The notes under the pieces are model-generated. The model was given only the letters and a program-made list of their open reading frames with translations. It had not been told where the DNA came from and did no database searches. From Candidatus Poribacteria bacterium (lineage in GTDB: Bacteria; Poribacteria; WGA-4E; PCPOR2b), in NCBI GenBank assembly GCA_965218095.1, contig OZ244587.1, positions 5,280,001 to 5,344,000 of the forward strand: DNA of 64,000 nucleotides, given 5' to 3'. Every line of letters begins with the position of its first letter. Position 1 is the stretch's first letter. This document shows, in pieces, positions 49,667-59,298 of this stretch. A program made the translations under genes and the position numbers.

Positions 49667-50530
49667 TCAATTAACGTTACCGCTTGCTATTGTAGGTCTG
49701 TTTTTGGCATGGTATTTTCCTATAGCTTGGCATATCGTGGTGATGTATCTACGGAAGTGGAGCAGAAGAATCTCCTGATCTTCCCCTAACCAACTTTGGT
49801 CAACGCTCTGAGGGTGTCCAGCTTCGTTTCGGTTCTCACGATATATGTTCCCAAGCCTATTTAACCGATTCTTCAACTCTTCTCCGAATTTCTTATCAGT
49901 CCCAAAGGTGTTGGGAATGACCGTATTGGAGAGATATTCGGTTAAGCGCAAAATGTTCCCGCTCCTTCTCTTTTTTATATCTTTCTGATACTGTTTGGAG
50001 TGAGATTCTATAGATTCCGCTAACCAATGTATGGCTCTCTCTGAAGCAGCACCGAGACAAATCACAGATGAGATGTACAGTCCTTCTTGGTAGGCACGTA
50101 GGCTTTCAAGATAGTATTGTTTAACGACATTATCAAGTGTGCCAATTTTCTGTTCTAGCGCATCAACAATTTCTTGGGGCTTGTCCACCAAAAGCAGGAT
50201 TTCATCATCAAAGTCAGACTTCATGCCGATAGAGGTAAGATGAACAATGAATCTATCTTCTGAGCGAATGGTTCGCGATGGATATGAGAAGCCTCTCACC
50301 ACTAATCCCTTTCTTTCAAGCAGGGCAATTGCTTCTAATAGCTCAGCAGGATCGTGTTTTCCTGCATCAAGAAATAACTCCCTCCTTAAACAGGCAACAG
50401 GATAAAAGTCAGAACAATCAGGATCGGAAGTGATTTTCTCTTTCAGAAAACGAAATACAAATTTTGCTAGGGATTCCACATCCATCCCCCGAATCTGCTG
50501 TTGTTCTTGTTCACTGAGTCCGGTACGCAT
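49667..50530 (-). CDS. Protein with a C-terminal HEPN/DUF4145-like domain
   Basis: YLESLRAY..GLYISSVICLGAASE..I and an RxxxxH motif (RNEAGH). Confidence 0.65.
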   Translation of the reverse strand: MRTGLSEQEQQQIRGMDVESLAKFVFRFLKEKITSDPDCSDFYPVACLRRELFLDAGKHDPAELLEAIALLERKGLVVRGFSYPSRTIRSEDRFIVHLTSIGMKSDFDDEILLLVDKPQEIVDALEQKIGTLDNVVKQYYLESLRAYQEGLYISSVICLGAASERAIHWLAESIESHSKQYQKDIKKRRSGNILRLTEYLSNTVIPNTFGTDKKFGEELKNRLNRLGNIYRENRNEAGHPQSVDQSWLGEDQEILLLHFRRYITTICQAIGKYHAKNRPTIASGNVN

Positions 50531-50609
50531 TGACTTTTATCCCCTCATTACTCAAAACTCATATCTATCCCTTCAAACTCCTTGCTTTCGGCACAATTGT
50601 GGTATTTTG

Positions 50610-51638
50610 TTAGGCATATCTTGAGCGAGCGGTAAATAAATATGAATATACATCTGTTTCGACTTTGTCACTACCACCAAGGCCCACCAACGCTCCTGTG
50701 GCTGCAATGGCAGCTCCTACCGGATCTCCCTTACTCAAATTCCAAACGGCACCAGCCAAACCTAAGCAAAATGATGCAGGCTTTTTCCACGTTTTGCGCG
50801 TCAGTTTACAAAGATCACTTGCCATTGATTCCAGTTCCTCCTGACGTGCCTCGAATGCTTGATCTCGCTCTCTAGATTCCATAAGACTCAACTCACGGAC
50901 AAACTTGCGTACACACAGGGTGTAGTTTCGATGTTCCGAATAATGCTCCCCGCGAAAAGCAAGGACTTCTTCAATAGGAACTGATCCTAAGTCAACTCCG
51001 ACAGTATTCATATCAAAGGCGATTATGTCATTGACTGTAGGGGTTGATGAGATAGACACAAGTTCTCCAAGTGCTTTAACTAACTCAGGGCGATCAGTTG
51101 CTGGAGATAAATCTAATCCCTGTTTTTGTCCTTGAGGGCGCAAAATATGTGCAAGCAGGACAAGTATCAGTGATCGAACAGTCGTATTTATTGGGATTGA
51201 GTGCCCTCCATCTTTTGTGTCTTTAGCCAACCCACGACTTTTCAGTTCTTCAAAAATCATTTGTGCTAACTCTGGATCTCCATCAAAACCTAGACGCGAC
51301 TTCGAAATAGAACCAAAAGCAGTTGTTTTATTAAGTTCATCAAGTGCGCCCGAAGTTATAATATCTGTGAGTTTTGAAACAAGTTCACAAGTTGCATCTT
51401 TATCTACAGCAGTTTCCGGTTTTATAACATGGAACAATCCATATTCCCTAAGACCTGTGATTATAGCGAGGTCATCAAGCCAAGAATGTTCTTCCATGTA
51501 GTTGGGAATAAGCATTCCAATTCCATCAAAGAAAAGGATTAGATTTTTAACCCAATCTGGATCAAAAAGATACTGATTTGGATAATAAAAAGCAACTTCT
51601 GGAAGTACTTTTGATTCCTTAGAAAATTGGTTTTTCAC
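50610..51638 (-). CDS. Hypothetical protein (possibly DUF6236-like); RBS cut off by IS copy B
   Basis: GTG at 51638; AFYYP..DWVKNLILFFDGI..IP; Gly/Ala-rich hydrophobic C-terminus. Confidence 0.7.
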   Translation of the reverse strand: MKNQFSKESKVLPEVAFYYPNQYLFDPDWVKNLILFFDGIGMLIPNYMEEHSWLDDLAIITGLREYGLFHVIKPETAVDKDATCELVSKLTDIITSGALDELNKTTAFGSISKSRLGFDGDPELAQMIFEELKSRGLAKDTKDGGHSIPINTTVRSLILVLLAHILRPQGQKQGLDLSPATDRPELVKALGELVSISSTPTVNDIIAFDMNTVGVDLGSVPIEEVLAFRGEHYSEHRNYTLCVRKFVRELSLMESRERDQAFEARQEELESMASDLCKLTRKTWKKPASFCLGLAGAVWNLSKGDPVGAAIAATGALVGLGGSDKVETDVYSYLFTARSRYA

Positions 51639-51649
51639 TTGAATTAACT

Positions 51650-52754
51650 GAGGGGTGCTCATAAGTCCCCTTATCGAAAGAGTGTAATCAGATGTGTTAC
51701 ATTTCTCAGGGGTCTTCCCCAAATAGAATTGACTAACATAGCCAGTTGCAGTAAAACCACCCCCAGCATCAAAAAGGTAGAGACATTCGCTTTTCGACTC
51801 ACCGGCAATTGCTTATGATTGGTATGGGTCGATAGTAATTGGCTCAACAATCCAAAGATAGGTTCAATAGCAACCTTGCGCTTGTGTTGATAGGTCTGCA
51901 ACTGCGCCGATTGATTCACCGCTTCAACATAACGCCGTGCCCGCTGACTCTTTGCGCCTCTGACGGGAGTGATTAGCAACAGTCCCTGGTTCGCCAAGTG
52001 TTGGGTACGTTTCAAGTCGGTATAGCCGGCATCAGCGACTAAATACCCGATGTTCTGTTCAAGCAGTGTGTCGAGTTGTCGGTCAAGGACGGCTTTTTCA
52101 CTCACACACGCGGTGTCAATGGCACTCATACGAGGCAATCCCTCTATAGAGACGGTCAGATGAAGCCCATAGCCGTAAACCCAACCGTGATAGTGACTCT
52201 TTGACCAACTGGCGTCTGTGTCAATGGCACGGATGCCAGTTGGGATGCGATTGGCATTTCTATCCTTCTGATGCCAGACGCTTCCTTTTGCCTTAAACAG
52301 ACTTTTGTCTTGGTAAACCACCTCTGGAGGTGAGTCAGGTATCAAAGTCATTCCCACATCACCGAGATACCCGATGAACGCCTCTAGCTGGTAAGCGAGT
52401 TGTTTGTAGCGTCGGCAAAGGGTTGCCCGAGACGGAACACATGCCAGTTTAAGACGACACAGCCACTGCGGGTGTAGCTTGAGCCATCTGTGTTGTGCCT
52501 TAAAGCGATGGAGGCCTTTGAGCGTTAAGATGGCAAAAAGGACAATCAAGCAGTCGTCTGTATACGATTTCGGACGTCCATGGCTCTCAGGTGGCGGTGC
52601 ATGGCTGGAAGCGTTGAAATGGTCAAGTTGTTCAAACAAAAATGTGATATAATACGTACTGTCAGGATAACCCATGTTATAATCCTCTCTTTCTTGCACG
52701 TTAGATTAGATTATAACCGTTATCCTGACTCAAGTCTACTTATGAGCACCCCTC
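51650..52754 (-). mobile_element. 1105-bp DDE IS, copy B (same as copy A); transposase 51671-52699
   Basis: Same IRs and identical 342-aa protein; its own 8-bp TSD AATTAACT. Confidence 0.92.
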
Positions 52755-52858
52755 AATTAACTCCTTATTGTAGGGGATGTATAAAATCCTGTCATATCTA
52801 CAAAAGCCTTGAAGGTCTTTGCCAACGAAATTTTATCTCTGAAGATTCAATCTGACGA

Positions 52859-52887
52859 AGTATACCCCACAACTGTTAAGCTGTCAA
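52859..52887 (-). promoter_or_regulatory. Sigma70 promoter facing into the cargo gene array
   Basis: Minus strand TTGACA-17 bp-TATACT. Confidence 0.75.
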
Positions 52888-52924
52888 TAGAATCGTGAGG
52901 CAATCTAGGGTCGTCTAGCACGGG

Positions 52925-52951
52925 CGGGCGGATACGGAGATCCGCCCCTAC
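52925..52951. repeat. REP palindrome GGGCGGAT..ATCCGCCCCTAC
   Basis: Hairpin with a GTAG end; related copy inside alr. Confidence 0.7.
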
Positions 52952-52979
52952 AAATTCCACAAAATCCCCTGTTGCCCTT

Positions 52980-55900
52980 TCAAACTTCTCGATTCCCTCC
53001 GCTCACGACCACTTTGGCTGTCGGCCTCCGACGAGCCTTGAGAATCCTCATTCTAGCGGATTCTGCTACAAACAAATGCAAGGCTCGAACTTCGGCTTTG
53101 CTTAATCCAATCTGAGAAAGGACTGCGTAGTCAAATTCTTGTCTGTCACATCTCTCAATTTCATCAGAGACGAGGTCAATAGGTCTATTCCTAAGTTCTT
53201 GGAAAATATCATGGAGAGAAGGTGTAATTTCTAAATCTCTGCACACCGGAATCTTCTCTAACAGAACGACTTTTGTATCTATTCCACCGTGATTGACTTG
53301 AAGTCCTTGTAGTTCAACCCACAAGTACGGCAAAAGGGTATTTAGGAAAATTGGAAGCGACGGCAATCCGTGTGCATCAATCGTGAAAAAACGATCGGAA
53401 GCCATTACATTTTGCGGGGCTAAGTAGCAGATGAAACGTTCAAAGAAAGCCCGTGGCCAAAATAGATTTGCTCTCCGTTGTTCCGGCAAGCTATACCAAT
53501 TTTGACGACTGGCAACACTGGAACCCGTGTGATAGCCTTCTGACTCACCATAACGAATATACTCCAAGGCGGAAGTGCCTCGGAGACTCTCTCGACTTTG
53601 GTGACACCAAAAGGCCATGCTTCCAACAGTGTCTGGAATGGCGATTCTGTAACAATTACGTGGACTGCGGATAACACGTCTTAAAAAGTGTTGCTCGATT
53701 TCACCTTCCCACCCATCTTCATTAATTACGCGCATCAGTCCATTTCCTATTGGGTTTGCGCTGTTGAAGTAGAAAAAATCGTTCGCTCCTGTCGTAAAGC
53801 CGCGCTGCACCTCAGCGACATCTCCCAAACGCACCAGTTTATCCTTCCCCTTCTCCAGAATTGTCCAGTAGATGTCCGGGGCGCGGAGATACTTCCCGCC
53901 CCACTTGTCGCCTGTATACTTCGTTCTGGGAGTGGCATCATCGCTGCCTGCTTTCAAAAGGTCCCCGTGCGAGATCGGAAAGACGCAGTGCTCCTGTGTG
54001 CTCAACCGTTCCGGGGTGGTCTCAATCTCGTAGAAGATGACCGCATCCAGAACTCCCTCAAACGGCACTTTGAAGGCCACAAACCGTGTTGTCCGGTCTA
54101 ATCCTCGCTCGCGTTTTTCGTCGGGTGCGGAGAAGAGACAGATGACTGTGTTCACATCGGCTGCGGCGAAGGAGCGTCGCGCCTGATTGTCGATAATCTG
54201 TTTGACGTGACAGTGCTTGAGGGTGAACTCCTGAAGGTCTTTTCCGTAGCCGACATCGAGCCACGAATTGGAGGTGATGAAACAGAACGCACCTTCCGGA
54301 TTGAGGAGAGAAAGTCCATGAAAGTAGAAGTAGATGTAGAGGTCGCTTTTGGCGTCAAGTTTGTGAGAGACAGCGGCTGACGGATTATCGGGTTTGATGT
54401 CCTTTTCGCGTCTGTAGCCAAAGAAGCGCGGAAACGCCTGATAGACAGAACGAGCGAGTTTTGCCTTGTACGCCTTCTTGTTTGTGGTGGTGATCTTTTC
54501 ACGTGGGGCTTTCGGATCAGAGATGTTCTCCTGTCGGACATACGGCGGGTTACCGATTACGATGTCGAAACCGCTCTTTTCGTCCGTGAAGAGCTCCACA
54601 AAGGCGATGTCCCACACAAAAGGCACGTCCTTCGCGCTCACAAGCGCGTTGCGAACTTCGGTGAGACGGTCGCGGTCTTCGGTCAATGCTTCGATCTGCT
54701 TCCGCCACTCCATCGCCTGTAGGTCGAGTTGGTGTACGGCTCTCTCTTCGATTGTGCCATCAAGCCGCATCTGTCGCTCTCTGGGACCGTCGATTAGCTG
54801 TTGCAGGTCGTCAATTTGCTCTTTGATGTCTTTGGCATGTGTATCAACCAACTCGCGGAAAAGTCGCAATTCTTCCTGTTGCAGCTCTTTTTCAGACCGA
54901 TAGCGACAAACGGGGTCGTTGTTGAAAAACTTCAGTTTTTCGTTTTTCAGGCGGGTGATACGGGCTTTTAACGCGGGCGGTACGCCGCTGAAGTCGGCGC
55001 GAATTTGGGCGAGGTTCATGCCGCCGATTTCTTGGACGAGGCTATCGCCGCATCGGATATTGAACGAGAAATGAGGAAGCAAGGGATCTTTCCGCAGGTG
55101 GAGTTCTTCACGGGGAAAATCCGCGTCGATGATCAGGGCGAGCCAGAGCCGTAATTCCGCAACATGACACGCCCACTCCATCACGTCTACACCGTAGAGG
55201 TTTTGACCGATGATACCCTTCTTGCGGTCAAAGCTGGATTCCTCCTGTCCAAGCCGTTGATTGGCTCTAGTCCGGAGGTCATCAAGGATGTGCAGCATTC
55301 CCACGAGGAAAGAACCGGAACCGCAGGCGGGATCGACGACCGCGAGCTCTTTTAGGCTTGCGTCGAGAGGCTCCCAAAGCTGCATCTCTGCGAGTTTTTC
55401 ATCCGCTCTTGCTTTATCGTCCGGATTAAAGGCAAAAAGCACCTCGTAGAGGAGGTTTTTATGGGTTTCTCCTAAGTGGTTCGTCAAGTTGTCCACCAGC
55501 GCGAGACGGCACATCAGATCAATCTCTGTGCGGGGGGTATAGAAGATGCCCGCGTCCCCGCGTTCATCCGCTTCAGTGGAGACATTGACGAGGCTTTCAT
55601 AGACCTTCCCAATCATCTCCGGATCGACCGCGACCTCCTGATCGAGGGGGCTATCTTCAGCGATGGTGAAGTTGTAGTTTTCAAGAAATTCAAAAATCCG
55701 CTTGAAACGCACATCAGAAATTAGGAAATCGTGTTCCCCGTCAAGGTTATTCTCTGTGAACAGACCGCCGTTGAGATAAGGGGCTAACGCCAATGCCTCT
55801 CGGATCGTGTCGGGGAAATGACGGTGTCCGCCGTGAAACTTGTTATTGAACGCCTCAAAGAATAGGACTTTGAGCCAGTGGTTGACAAACGAATCAACAG

Positions 55901-56663
55901 GCTCGTCTGCTGACCGGTAGCTCTCCCAAAACGACCGGAGAAACTCGGTATCCTCACCGAGCCAACGTTTGCGCTGAATAAAGTAGAGGAACATACAACG
56001 GTTGAGGAACTGCAACGCATAATCGTGTGCCCGGCGATGGTCTGCGGTCTGAATCGCCAAGTCGTCCTGAAGGACTTGGAAAACAGATTTATAATCTTCA
56101 AAGAATTGCTTTGTGACTGCTTCGACATCGAAGGCTTCTTCGTGACGCTTCTGAATTGCGAGCGGCGACAACTCTTCCAAATTGGGACTATCGATGGATT
56201 CCAAGTCAAGCATCGCAATCCGCTCGGATGCCGTGCGGAGTTTCTCATGAGGACTAATTGTGATGCGGCGGAATAGGCGGCGTCTCTCGGAGTCACCTGT
56301 ATCGTATTTGACATTGACAAAGTGCCAATCCGTTCGTTCCCGGTTGCTGAAGACGAATAGGGTGTAGGGATGGTCTTCTAGGAGCTTAGAGATGACAGGG
56401 CGTTCAGCCGTCAGCAGCAGACGGTCTGAGTTAAGACGGGCGTAGATGACATGAAAAGCGTTGTCCGTTCCGCCCGTCGCAAAGAGAACTGGATCGTCGG
56501 CGAGGGCATTTTTAGCCGTGTCCGTCCAGTCCTGACGGGAAATCCCGTCGTTTTGACGGTCATAGTTTAACTCTGTCCAGAACAGTTCCCGGAGGGGTTC
56601 GATTCCTCGAAAATCTGTGAGGAGTTGGCCGAGATTTTTTTGATGTTCGCGGTCATGGTGCAC
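52980..56663 (-). CDS. Type IIG/Eco57I-like N6-adenine DNA methyltransferase with C-terminal TRD
   Basis: PYLNGGLF, MIGKVYE, GIFYTP, DPACGSGSF, FDIVIGNPPYV, ITSNSWL and RLGDVAEVQRG. Confidence 0.93.
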   Translation of the reverse strand: MHHDREHQKNLGQLLTDFRGIEPLRELFWTELNYDRQNDGISRQDWTDTAKNALADDPVLFATGGTDNAFHVIYARLNSDRLLLTAERPVISKLLEDHPYTLFVFSNRERTDWHFVNVKYDTGDSERRRLFRRITISPHEKLRTASERIAMLDLESIDSPNLEELSPLAIQKRHEEAFDVEAVTKQFFEDYKSVFQVLQDDLAIQTADHRRAHDYALQFLNRCMFLYFIQRKRWLGEDTEFLRSFWESYRSADEPVDSFVNHWLKVLFFEAFNNKFHGGHRHFPDTIREALALAPYLNGGLFTENNLDGEHDFLISDVRFKRIFEFLENYNFTIAEDSPLDQEVAVDPEMIGKVYESLVNVSTEADERGDAGIFYTPRTEIDLMCRLALVDNLTNHLGETHKNLLYEVLFAFNPDDKARADEKLAEMQLWEPLDASLKELAVVDPACGSGSFLVGMLHILDDLRTRANQRLGQEESSFDRKKGIIGQNLYGVDVMEWACHVAELRLWLALIIDADFPREELHLRKDPLLPHFSFNIRCGDSLVQEIGGMNLAQIRADFSGVPPALKARITRLKNEKLKFFNNDPVCRYRSEKELQQEELRLFRELVDTHAKDIKEQIDDLQQLIDGPRERQMRLDGTIEERAVHQLDLQAMEWRKQIEALTEDRDRLTEVRNALVSAKDVPFVWDIAFVELFTDEKSGFDIVIGNPPYVRQENISDPKAPREKITTTNKKAYKAKLARSVYQAFPRFFGYRREKDIKPDNPSAAVSHKLDAKSDLYIYFYFHGLSLLNPEGAFCFITSNSWLDVGYGKDLQEFTLKHCHVKQIIDNQARRSFAAADVNTVICLFSAPDEKRERGLDRTTRFVAFKVPFEGVLDAVIFYEIETTPERLSTQEHCVFPISHGDLLKAGSDDATPRTKYTGDKWGGKYLRAPDIYWTILEKGKDKLVRLGDVAEVQRGFTTGANDFFYFNSANPIGNGLMRVINEDGWEGEIEQHFLRRVIRSPRNCYRIAIPDTVGSMAFWCHQSRESLRGTSALEYIRYGESEGYHTGSSVASRQNWYSLPEQRRANLFWPRAFFERFICYLAPQNVMASDRFFTIDAHGLPSLPIFLNTLLPYLWVELQGLQVNHGGIDTKVVLLEKIPVCRDLEITPSLHDIFQELRNRPIDLVSDEIERCDRQEFDYAVLSQIGLSKAEVRALHLFVAESARMRILKARRRPTAKVVVSGGNREV

Positions 56664-57066
56664 GATGTTACCCTCCCATATGCGGCATGGATTTTGGAAA
56701 AAGCGGATCGGCTTTAACTGGCTAAGAAGATGCCGCCGACTGCCCGATCCTTGTAAATATCAAACCCAACGAACAATAGGTGAATTGAACCTAGAAGTAT
56801 TATAAATCGAAATAGGCGGGTTTTCGAGGAAAAAATGAGGACTCTGATTTTCCCCAGTTTTTTGTGGGGTTCAGTGATCTGGGATTTTGGGTAATTGCCG
56901 GGTTGGGTTTCCCAACCCAAAAGCGGGTAAATCAGAACACTTTTTCGTTGCAGAAAGTGATGAAACTTTGATATGATATGATGTGATGCGTTGATGTTGT
57001 TGTATCCATCTTTTCGATAAGGAGGTGCGGCGCCTCAAAACGGGGAAGGTCTGCCGCGGATTTTTT

Positions 57067-57813
57067 ATGAGAAACAGAATTCGTGAGAAATTATCGGGTG
57101 GGGAAATCTCGATTGGGTCATGGCTGAACCTAGGGTCGCCACTGGCAGCGGAGGTGATGGCTGCTGCCGGGTTTGATTGGCTGGCAGTTGATGCGGAACA
57201 TTCGTCCGTGGGAATTACGGAGATTGCTGATATGTTCCGGGCGATTGAATCTCGGGCCGCAACACCCATTGTTCGGATCTGGGATCGCCAGCCGGAGACG
57301 ATTGGGCGCGTACTGGATGCGGGGGCATTCGGTATCGTCGCGCCACATGTTAGCACGACAGAGCAAGCCGCGCAACTCGCGCAAGCCAGCCGATACCCAC
57401 CACAGGGAAAACGGTCTTCGGGGACCGGTCGAGCGGTGACATGGGGAGCGGATTACCGGTCGTGGATTAACGATGAGGTCATGGTGATACCGCAGATCGA
57501 GGACCGGAAAGGGATTCAGAATGCTGAAGCCATCATGTCAGTCAAAGGTATCGATATTGGATTCCTCGGACCTGGCGACCTATCCCTTGAAATGGGTATT
57601 CCTTCTGGAAGCCCTGACCACGAGGCGGCGATTCAACAGTTCTTGGCAGTGTGTAATCGGGTCGGCAAACCTTGTGGCATTCCAGTATCTTCTGGGGAAG
57701 AGCTCTTGGAACGGCAGGAGCAGGGATTCATGTTCTTTGACTTGAGCAATGATCTGAGTTTCCTAGCGGCGGAGGCGGGGCGGCAGTTGAGAAAAGCAAC
57801 GGGTGATGCGTGA
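57067..57813 (+). CDS. HpcH/HpaI aldolase family protein
   Basis: GFDWLAVDAEH, VLDAGA.GI..PHV, RYPPQGKR, QIE and GPGDLS motifs. Confidence 0.93.
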   Translation: MRNRIREKLSGGEISIGSWLNLGSPLAAEVMAAAGFDWLAVDAEHSSVGITEIADMFRAIESRAATPIVRIWDRQPETIGRVLDAGAFGIVAPHVSTTEQAAQLAQASRYPPQGKRSSGTGRAVTWGADYRSWINDEVMVIPQIEDRKGIQNAEAIMSVKGIDIGFLGPGDLSLEMGIPSGSPDHEAAIQQFLAVCNRVGKPCGIPVSSGEELLERQEQGFMFFDLSNDLSFLAAEAGRQLRKATGDA

Positions 57814-58061
57814 AACGTGATTCAAGGAGACGGAGCCTGTCCGATCTATCAGGGATGCAGTCAGACTATAACGTACAAGGCGAACCTGTTCGCACGATAG
57901 ATCTCGGTTTTGTCTCGGCGGATGAGTACGCCTCCAGGGAGAAGGCTTCTTACTGGGATGGACGGAATGTGCAGGGTGAGCCTGTTGCAAGTGGCGTTTA
58001 TTTCTATGATTCAAGCCGGCACATTCTCTGCCACGAAAAAACTATAGTTGTGCTAAAATAG
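57810..58061 (+). pseudogene. Fragment of a FlgD-Ig-like C-terminal sorting domain
   Basis: YNVQGEPVRTIDLG..YWDGRN..GEPVASGVYFY with no N-terminal domains. Confidence 0.6.
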
Positions 58062-58113
58062 TATCAGATGACCCGCTGACGGGGGTCATTCTTAAGGGAG
58101 GGCATCGGAAATC

Positions 58114-59205
58114 ATGAAAATCACTCGCATCAGACTCTACATCGTCAACGTCCCTGAACGAAAGTGGTGGTGGTCCGACGACATCCACGGTCAGCCTGCG
58201 CATCGGCGGGCTGAACACGGTATCGCTGAAGTCGAAACCAACCAGGGGCTAACAGGGCTTACCCAGATAGGGCGTTTCACGCCGGTGGAGCCCCTCGAAG
58301 CGAAATTGAACTCGTGGCTGAGTCAGGATGTCCTGAAGGTCAATCTCGCTGAGGCGACGCCACCGATGGTAGGGGCTTTTGAACAGGCGATACTAGACCT
58401 GCGCGGCCAGACGCTCGGCGTTCCCATCTGGCAATTGTTTGGTGGCCGGCTGCGAGATCGCATTTTTGTCACCCAATGCACCGGCTACAAGACTCCGGAA
58501 CATACGGCAGAGGACGCTCAGTGGGGATGGGAACACGGCTTTCGCGCCTACAAGATGAAGTGCATCACCAGCAGAGAAACGACACCGGAAGAACGCATCC
58601 GCTACGTCACCGACCGGGTGGAGGCCATCCACAAGGTCCTGCCGGATATGGTGGTGCGGCCCGATATTCGCTGGCGGCTTCAGGAGGTCTGGGTCGCGCA
58701 AGAACTCGCTCGCCGTCTACAGAGGCATCGCATTGACTGCTTGGAAAGTCCGATAAACAAGCGTGCGGCAGGCGGTACGTTTTCCGAGTGGCGTCGTCTG
58801 CGGCAGACCATTCACTTGCCTATCGGCGACCATATTTCTAGCAGCGAAGACCTCATCCAGCGATTCCAGGCGGAAGCGCTCGACTACGCCATCGTCGGCG
58901 GGCAGAGCCATTTCGAGACAATCAACCAATCCCGCTTGGCTCATGAGCTTGGTATGGGCGGCTGGTCACAAACGGTGGCGTACGGGCCGGGGGCGGCCAT
59001 GGGGTTACACGTCGCTGCCTGCATGCCTAACTTGACCCAACCCTACGACATGGTCGGGCCCATGGCTTGGGAGGACACCCTGGTGAATGAGGACTTCCCT
59101 TTTGAAAATGGGTGCTTTGTAGTGCCGAACCATCCGGGACTGGGGTATACCCTGAATCACGATGCAGTTAAAAAGTATTTGGTCAAGGAGCAGGTTTTTG
59201 AATAG
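58114..59205 (+). CDS. Enolase-superfamily (mandelate racemase/MLE-type) enzyme
   Basis: MKITRI, DLRGQ.LGVPIWQLFGG, KMK, ESP and PGLG motifs. Confidence 0.9.
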   Translation: MKITRIRLYIVNVPERKWWWSDDIHGQPAHRRAEHGIAEVETNQGLTGLTQIGRFTPVEPLEAKLNSWLSQDVLKVNLAEATPPMVGAFEQAILDLRGQTLGVPIWQLFGGRLRDRIFVTQCTGYKTPEHTAEDAQWGWEHGFRAYKMKCITSRETTPEERIRYVTDRVEAIHKVLPDMVVRPDIRWRLQEVWVAQELARRLQRHRIDCLESPINKRAAGGTFSEWRRLRQTIHLPIGDHISSSEDLIQRFQAEALDYAIVGGQSHFETINQSRLAHELGMGGWSQTVAYGPGAAMGLHVAACMPNLTQPYDMVGPMAWEDTLVNEDFPFENGCFVVPNHPGLGYTLNHDAVKKYLVKEQVFE

Positions 59206-59298
59206 CGTTACAGCAAGGAGCGCGAGACTTTCACTTTCCAAGGAGGGCGTGCTGCCATACAGTCTCCTGAATCCAGATCTGAAAGGTAATCATCACCC

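Noticed and set aside
48545-52754. Composite transposon formed by the two identical IS copies around two genes
   Set aside because: Each copy has its own TSD (ATTTAAGT and AATTAACT), so they are independent insertions.
41060-52887. Classical integron
   Set aside because: No tyrosine recombinase is present and I could not identify attC sites (RYYYAAC..GTTRRRY) between the genes.
37635-56663. DISARM or BREX system
   Set aside because: No DrmA/DrmB (DUF1998), PglZ, BrxC or BrxL-like genes are in the window.
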